Program-made: the position numbers and the translations under genes
Part shown: positions 25,241 through 32,904 of the stretch, piece by piece
How the letters are laid out: each line of letters begins with the position of its first letter
How positions within the stretch are numbered: position 1 is the stretch's first letter
From: Ginkgo biloba
Lineage: Eukaryota > Plantae > Ginkgophyta
NCBI GenBank assembly: GCA_024626585.2
Contig: JANKJI020000002.1
Location: forward strand, 175,631,121 to 175,664,024
DNA: 32,904 bases
Reading direction: 5' to 3'
Notes under the pieces: model-generated
Told to the model about the DNA's origin: nothing
Seen by the model: the letters and a program-made list of their open reading frames with translations, nothing else
Database searches by the model: none

Positions 25241-26077
25241 TATTATATACCTTACATATCCCACATCTCCTTATAATACTCACCTTCTTAAGAGTTAAAT
25301 TCTCTAATATCTATCTCATTAGATCTCATTATTCTCATAGTTCATATATCCAAACTAAACATGCATTTGAAGTAATGAATGTTATCAGGAAGTATATAAA
25401 AAATAAGAAAAAATACATTTTACATCAAAATTAGGGTTATCTATTTATTATCATGTTAATAGGTGATATAGATGTTAAATCTCACATAAATTAATGACAA
25501 CCGCTAGAGAGCACACTTTCAAGTGATTTGTATTAGCATGTTATTTAGTATCCTAATAAAACTACATGCACTAATATATAGTGGAAAAAAAATATGGTTT
25601 TAAATTCCCCCCTAAAAAATTAAATACTATAAAATGGACATGGAGCCTATTACAACCCTTGTATAGAAAATCATCACACTTCATTAGCTAATTTGGATGA
25701 TTTTCTAATTATCGTGAGCATTGAAAACATACAAATTTAGAAGTAAACTAAGAAAAATGACTTATTGATCTTTGCCATATTTTTATCCATAATTTTGTAT
25801 CTCTAACACCTCTCTCGAAACCTAATTTTATCACTCTTATCAAGAAAACAATCCTTAGAAAATTTTGGTCATCCAACACAAAATTCAAATGAGGTACAAA
25901 TCAAGTGCAATATATTCACTTTTGTCTCTTCTTACATTTATGGTCAAATTATAAATAGTAATCCCCCTAATTTCATCNNNNNNNNNNNNNNNNNNNNNNN
26001 NNNNNNNNNNNNNNNNNNNNNNNNNNNNNNNNNNNNNNNNNNNNNNNNNNNNNNNNNNNNNNNNNNNNNNNNNNNNN

Positions 26078-26330
26078 ACAACTAACCTTACTTCCTAAAA
26101 GGAAAGCTTTGGCCTCCATGAAGTTATTTGATTGGGATCCCAAGGGCTCTATGAAGGCCCCCAGAAGAGTCCCATCTGAATCCTTGCACAAACCTCCTGC
26201 ACCAGTCAATCCTGGATTCCCCTTCACTGCACCATCAAAATTATATTTTATCCATCCTACTGGGGGTCTACCCCATTGAGTATTTTCTATTTTATATTTA
26301 TCCACCAGGAGACGCTTGGGAGGGAAGAGA
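26078..26330 (-). pseudogene. RNase H-like (RVT_3-type) domain from the C-terminus of a plant LINE
   Basis: WGRPPVGWIKYNFDGAVKGNPGLTGAGGLCKDSDG..GSQSNNFMEAKA. Confidence 0.9.
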
Positions 26331-26683
26331 TGAGAATTTGAAAAGAGATCAGGATAGGATGAGACCCCTCCATGCACTTATGTTTTTTAAAAGAGTTGAA
26401 AGATTGGCCAATAGATTTAAATGGGTTTGTATGCATATCTATGAGGGCGATGAGAATCGAGATGAATAAGAAGGTGAAGGCGTGCACTGATATGCAAGCG
26501 TTGGCACCTACATTTCTTTTGGGCATAAATTTGCCATTATAGATATTACTTTTGGAGAATAATAATAATAATGATGATAGAGCTTAGTAAGTGATTTTTT
26601 ATATCCAAATAAATAGGGTTGAGTCAAGTTGCTTGCAATAAGATAATTGGAGACATGCATTACACGGAATTATAACTTTGCAG

Positions 26684-27545
26684 GTGGCTCAGAGGAGGAC
26701 TTTAGGGAAAGTGATGTGTATGAAATGAATACAGAACATGACCAAAAATTATCTAATTTTTCTCAACATATATTACCATGAATGAATGTTGTGTGTCATC
26801 ATTGCGATATAAGAATGTTATTGGTAGAATGTATAGGTGGCAATTAAGACTTGCCTAAGTTTTTAATATGTTGTTTATATGATGATGTTACTCTTCTACA
26901 TTTAGCAATGGCCCCTTAACCATTGTGTGAACTCATAAGAGAGGATAGCACAAAGTCACAAACATTAAAATGAAAATAAATATTTATAACTCTATGATAG
27001 CATTCTCATCCATGGTAGTGAAAGTTAATGGAGAACATTATAATGCCATTAGTGGAGTTTACACTTTTAGAGTTTATGGGATCATATACCATCAAATTGG
27101 ACCTATCCAGAATACCCCTAGAAAGGTGCTTAAACTTTCTCAAATAATTTACCTTGAGTATAGAAAGAATAATTTTTATTGCCTTGATCTTGCAATATTA
27201 TGACAACTCCAAAACATGATTCATGATGTAAATCTATTTTCAAGAGCATTTGCAAGTATAACACAACAAATAGCAAATGATGCATTGGTTGATCTCAAGC
27301 TTTGCATTTATGATCCTCATATTTCAATGACAAGGCAATATGATGCACCCACTATCTTCGAAGTGGTGATCATCATCAGTGGAACTAGGGGACAGAGTGA
27401 GCCAACATAATGAGCTTCTTTAATGATAGAATTAGGAAGGAGAGGACCTATTAAATATGTAAGTCATTTGCATGGAGCATAGGATCCCTTACACTATGTC
27501 TTAATATTTCCAAGTGGAGAGACACGAGGATACACGAACATAAAG
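26684..27545 (+). mobile_element. Helitron RepHel N-terminal pseudo-exon (copy A)
   Basis: MNVVCHHC..FLICC..VTL; YNSMIAFSSM..YTFRVYG..YHQIG; LQNMIHDVN; RQYDAPT..EV; H..DPLHYVLIFPSG. Bounded by TTTGCAG at 26683 and AAG|GT at 27546. Confidence 0.9.
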
Positions 27546-27629
27546 GTGCGAAAATAACATCAAGCACTCATATATTCCATAGTGTCTTTGTAGTGGCGTT
27601 AAGTGATAGATTGATGAAATAACAACTTA

Positions 27630-28080
27630 ATTTAAAACTAATAGAGTATGTTATTATTTCTTTTAATGTAGGAAAACTTATCTAACTGAGTAATCATAAT
27701 ATAATTCTACTCATAATGATTTTTTATATTTTTTAATGTAATATAACTTATTGAGTTCAACCTTAGCATATATATCAATAATATATTATTTAATTAATCT
27801 ACTACAATAATGAAAAAAAATAGTTTTCTCTAAATTGAATCCCATTGGAATAAAAATCCATTACACTCACTCTCCTTGATCGATTAGCCTATATAAAAAA
27901 AGAAATAATAAATTTAAAAGTTTTACTTTAAATATAATTAATATATAATAATTAATAAAATTTAATAAAAAATAATAGGTAGTGACATATACCTTAATCT
28001 TTGGATGCCATCCCTCCTCGCCAAATGGAAATAATAAAACGTAATGTAAAGGATTATATGCAGCATGCAAATTATTTATG
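27630..28080 (-). mobile_element. Helitron RepHel fragment (copy B) with an intron at 27889-27992
   Basis: LHAAYNPLHYVLLFPFGEEGWHPKIK, then GT..AG, then ANRSRRVSVMDFYS..IQFR; further on SRLIK*YIIDIYAKVELNKLYYI (cf. GRLFQQYxVDxYxKxExxRLxYI). Confidence 0.9.
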
Positions 28081-29055
28081 NNNNNNNNNNNNNNNNNNNN
28101 NNNNNNNNNNNNNNNNNNNNNNNNNNNNNNNNNNNNNNNNNNNNNNNNNNNNNNNNNNNNNNNNNNNNNNNNNNNNNNNNNNNNNNNNNNNNNNNNNNNN
28201 NNNNNNNNNNNNNNNNNNNNNNNNNNNNNNNNNNNNNNNNNNNNNNNNNNNNNNNNNNNNNNNNNNNNNNNNNNNNNNNNNNNNNNNNNNNNNNNNNNNN
28301 NNNNNNNNNNNNNNNNNNNNNNNNNNNNNNNNNNNNNNNNNNNNNNNNNNNNNNNNNNNNNNNNNNNNNNNNNNNNNNNNNNNNNNNNNNNNNNNNNNNN
28401 NNNNNNNNNNNNNNNNNNNNNNNNNNNNNNNNNNNNNNNNNNNNNNNNNNNNNNNNNNNNNNNNNNNNNNNNNNNNNNNNNNNNNNNNNNNNNNNNNNNN
28501 NNNNNNNNNNNNNNNNNNNNNNNNNNNNNNNNNNNNNNNNNNNNNNNNNNNNNNNNNNNNNNNNNNNNNNNNNNNNNNNNNNNNNNNNNNNNNNNNNNNN
28601 NNNNNNNNNNNNNNNNNNNNNNNNNNNNNNNNNNNNNNNNNNNNNNNNNNNNNNNNNNNNNNNNNNNNNNNNNNNNNNNNNNNNNNNNNNNNNNNNNNNN
28701 NNNNNNNNNNNNNNNNNNNNNNNNNNNNNNNNNNNNNNNNNNNNNNNNNNNNNNNNNNNNNNNNNNNNNNNNNNNNNNNNNNNNNNNNNNNNNNNNNNNN
28801 NNNNNNNNNNNNNNNNNNNNNNNNNNNNNNNNNNNNNNNNNNNNNNNNNNNNNNNNNNNNNNNNNNNNNNNNNNNNNNNNNNNNNNNNNNNNNNNNNNNN
28901 NNNNNNNNNNNNNNNNNNNNNNNNNNNNNNNNNNNNNNNNNNNNNNNNNNNNNNNNNNNNNNNNNNNNNNNNNNNNNNNNNNNNNNNNNNNNNNNNNNNN
29001 NNNNNNNNNNNNNNNNNNNNNNNNNNNNNNNNNNNNNNNNNNNNNNNNNNNNNNN

Positions 29056-29911
29056 TCATCTCCCATAGGGTTCTCTTCTTAGGCAGAATCCTTAATGTCT
29101 TCCCTAACTTCCTCATACTCAATGTTATGTTAGTCCATCTCTAGGCCTTCTGCCTAGGGATTTCTCAACTCATGGTACCACCCCATAATTGGCGACCTTC
29201 TCCCTCTCTGTTGCGCTCTCCTTTCCCCTTCTAGACCTTTACTCTACTAAAGGATGATTTCCATCTTCCCTCTATTGAACATAACATTTACAACTCCAAC
29301 CAACCTCAAGTATCGAACAACTTAGAAACCACACAACTCCTGACACTACCACACTTTCCCACAATAGCTCTCTAGAACCGCACTCTTCCAACTAACCAAC
29401 CCTTTCTTCTTCTTCTCTTCGATTTTATATGCCTCATTTAAACTATCTAGGAACCAATGCTTTCCTCCAACAACTTGGTTGGTGAGTCTCATTATGACCC
29501 TAATAGCTCTTGTCATTAAGTTGCCTCAATGACCACTTCCTACTATGGTGTAGCCTTATCTGGATGCTCTCTGCCGAATCGTTGGGATAGTGAATACTTC
29601 ACCGTACACCCATGCATGCAACAATTATGCTTAGTGTTTCCTTCTTCAACCTATGCATTTTAGTTCTACCTAACTTTCTTGCTCAAACCTCTAGTTATTG
29701 AACATTAATTGTGACTTCACTACTTCTTTACCCATTACTTTCTCTTCTCCCTTCTTGGTGAGTGAACTATTTTTTTTTCTTTCTTCCTCCAACCTATTGT
29801 CAGTCTTTATTTATCACTAACCCTTAGCCATCCTTCTTATCCTCCTTTTTTTCCTTGTTAGTCTTCCTTATAGCTTACCCCTTCTCTTCTCTCCTTGTTT
29901 CTCTTATGACA
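29056..29911. mobile_element. LTR-like terminal region of a retrotransposon, orientation ambiguous
   Basis: Ends ...TTATGACA at 29911; TATA-like TATAAAA on the - strand near 29425; PBS-like TGGCGACC on the + strand near 29190. Confidence 0.4.
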
Positions 29912-30582
29912 CTTGTCATTATTGGACATCTTTTCTTTAACGATGTTGGTCCTACTCTATCATTTTCAGTCATCCACTTCTTGGTCGTCAGTGTTTCCCA
30001 TCAATAATGTTGGTCTTCTTTATTGGTGTACAATCTGTGAATTATTTTCCTTATATGCTTTCACTCAACAAAGCCTTTTCAAAATGCAAGTCAGTTTCTC
30101 AAAAATGNNNNNNNNNNNNNNNNNNNNNNNNNNNNNNNNNNNNNNNNNNNNNNNNNNNNNNNNNNNNNNNNNNNNNNNNNNNNNNNNNNNNNNNNNNNNN
30201 NNNNNNNNNNNNNNNNNNNNNNNNNNNNNNNNNNNNNNNNNNNNNNNNNNNNNNNNNNNNNNNNNNNNNNNNNNNNNNNNNNNNNNNNNNNNNNNNNNNN
30301 NNNNNNNNNNNNNNNNNNNNNNNNNNNNNNNNNNNNNNNNNNNNNNNNNNNNNNNNNNNNNNNNNNNNNNNNNNNNNNNNNNNNNNNNNNNNNNNNNNNN
30401 NNNNNNNNNNNNNNNNNNNNNNNNNNNNNNNNNNNNNNNNNNNNNNNNNNNNNNNNNNNNNNNNNNNNNNNNNNNNNNNNNNNNNNNNNNNNNNNNNNNN
30501 NNNNNNNNNNNNNNNNNNNNNNNNNNNNNNNNNNNNNNNNNNNNNNNNNNNNNNNNNNNNNNNNNNNNNNNNNNNNNNNNNN

Positions 30583-32128
30583 TCTTGTTGTAAGTTCCTG
30601 TCAAAAATCTATCCTTTCTCAGAAACACCATAACCATGTCTCAGACTTCAAATTCCTTGTGTTAGCGATGTCGGTCTACGATAGTTTTATACCTTGAGTT
30701 GCTCTCTGAAAAATGTCGCCTCACCTCCTCATGAACTCTCTTCAAGCATTCTGTCATGGCCTCCGCATTGTTATTGATTCATTCACAGTTTGGGATATCA
30801 TCCAAGTCCACAACAGTCTTCATCATTTTCCCATACACAACTTGAAAAGGTGACAATCCTGTCAATCTATTCACTGAACTATTGTATGTGAATTCTGCTT
30901 GTGCCAAGATTTGATCCCACTTCTTAGGCCTGTCTCCCGCCAGACTCCTTAGCGAATTACCAAGTGATATATCCACTACTTTCATCTGTCTATGGATGAT
31001 AAGAGCTACTAAACTGAAGCTTTGTATCCAACTTTCTCCATAGTGTCTTCTAGAAATGACTTAAAAATTTATTGTCTCAGTCAGAAGTAATGCTCCTTGG
31101 CAATCCATTCATTCGAACCACTTCTCTAAAGAATATCTCTGATGTCTTGCTTGCATCATCGGTCTTCTTACAGGGAATAAAATGTGCCATCTTTTAAAAT
31201 TGATCTATGACTATAAAAATGGAATTGCTTCCCCTTTGGGTACTCAACAATCCTAACATGGAGTCCATCGTGATGTCATTCCAAGGTCCTTCTGGAACTG
31301 GCAAAGGCTTATATAATCTAACATTCTATGATTTCTCCTTGGCCATTTGACACACTCAGCATTGGTCCACCAACTTTCTCACTTGCTTTCTAAGTCCTAG
31401 CCAAAAGTATCTTTCTCCTACTAAGTTAATTGTCTTATCTTAGCCTAAATGACCTCCTAAACGTCCATTATGCAACTCTTAGATGATGTTTTCCCACATA
31501 AAACTATCAAGTATACATAGTTGCTTTCCCTTGAATAGGTATTTGTCTTGTAGAAAATAATCTCCATAGAGTTCTCCATTATCGATTGTCAAATTCCTCA
31601 AATATTTCATCACCTAATGAAAATCCTTCTTAGTGCCATACATTTCTTTCACCAAGTCAAAACCATTGACTTCATTTTTTGTTGTCATTAACAATGTCAT
31701 TCTTTGACTCAAGGCATCTGCCACTTGGTTTTTCTTGCTTGTCTTAGGTTTTAACACAAATGAATAAATTTGCAAGAATTCTACCCATTTTGCATGTTGA
31801 ATGCTCAACTTCCCTTGAGAATTGATGAATTTCAAGGCTTGATGATTTATGTAAAGAACAAATTCTCTAGGTAATAAATAATGTTGCTAGTACTTCAGGG
31901 TCTACACTATAGCATAAAATTCNNNNNNNNNNNNNNNNNNNNNNNNNNNNNNNNNNNNNNNNNNNNNNNNNNNNNNNNNNNNNNNNNNNNNNNNNNNNNN
32001 NNNNNNNNNNNNNNNNNNNNNNNNNNNNNNNNNNNNNNNNNNNNNNNNTTGCATTCAACCTCAAACACTTTGTTAAAATTTGGTAATGTCAATACTAGTG
32101 CTTCTTTCATTCTCTTCTTCAACAACTC
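30583..32128 (-). mobile_element. Ty3/Gypsy chromovirus (CRM-like) RNase H - integrase remnant
   Basis: LVLTLPNFNKVFEVEC; KFINSQGKLSIQHAKWVEFLQ..NQVADALS; AHFIPCKKT; WDQILAQAEFTYNSSVNRLTGLSPFQVVYG; VMVFLRKDRFLTGTYNK. Confidence 0.95.
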
Positions 32129-32904
32129 AAAATTAGAAATCTTGATTTTGAAGAAGATTAGAGCTCTATTAGGGTTAGGGTTCTGATGGAGGAGGTGTCT
32201 CTCCTCTACAGTAAGGACCTTCCCCTCTTATTATTATCCTGATTAGGGCTCAGACTCGGTNNNNNNNNNNNNNNNNNNNNNNNNNNNNNNNNNNCTTTTG
32301 AAGGAAGGCAAGTCTAGTTAATTGTCTAGTGTATTTTTGTATGTGATTTTTGGGAAGTTCCCAGTGGTGAGGTTGGCCTTCTTTGGGGGGCTAGTAGATG
32401 GTGTCCCAATGGGAAGTTCACAGTTTAGTAGGGGGTTTACAGTTCTATGAGGCACTTACACGTTGTTTGGTGGTGGCCCATTAGGCATTTTCCCTTTATG
32501 TTTTCTTTAGGCTCTATTATTTCGGTGGTCTACAGTCAATTCCCCCTTAGATGTGGCAATTTTTCTTGGGCTCTTTTGAGTGGTGGATCTCCCATTCATA
32601 ATGGCCTTACTTATCTATTTCTCTCTATTTCATGGTGGTTAGGGAGTCTAGACCAGTGGGGTTTTTGTGCGGTATCTATTTTGTTATGAAATGTAGCAAC
32701 CTAATGCCTTGCATGGCTGGTTGGGTTTTTTTTTATGACCTAGTACTCTATGGGTATCTCTACTTCTAATGCCCTTTGTGGTATCCAAGGGATTTTGCTA
32801 GTAGTATTTTAGGCTTACTTTTGTGTATGTTGGCTCCCTACATGGTGTCTGAAGTATTCTAATTTTGTGTTTCGACACACTGCATGGTGACCAAGTTAAG
32901 TTTT

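Noticed and set aside
27867-29144. Long ORFs of 330-400 aa, and similar ones at 1408-1739, 8420-8726, 20715-21210 and 29913-30637
   Set aside because: They consist mostly of N-gap codons and are artefacts of translating gaps.
32169-32182. TTAGGGTTAGGGTT telomere-like motif
   Set aside because: Only two units; TAGGGTT motifs are common in plant LTRs.
32295-32904. GC-richer segment with ORF 32447-32689
   Set aside because: No motif recognised; probably TE-derived but unsupported.
1-32904. CRISPR array, operon or prokaryotic defence system
   Set aside because: No regularly spaced repeats and no dense intact ORFs; the content is plant TE-derived with spliceosomal intron signals.

Overview
Eukaryotic, AT-rich, CpG-depleted DNA with many N gaps, from a large-genome land plant (gymnosperm-like by inference). 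It is mostly nested, decayed transposable elements: a near full-length L1-type LINE (- strand, ~5.5-10.3 kb), several Ty3/Gypsy remnants (Tat-like and CRM-like), a solo LTR with a target-site duplication, a TRIM-like mini-retroelement with a 40-bp internal region, a LINE-type RNase H fragment, and two convergent intron-containing Helitron RepHel fragments. The only host-gene-like sequence is a short - strand exon at ~19.3-19.66 kb resembling the C-terminal domain of plant Mediator subunit 15 (MED15). No rRNA, tRNA, CRISPR or prokaryotic system is supported, and I see no clearly new biological system. All protein assignments come from motifs translated by eye; no database search was run and most boundaries are approximate.
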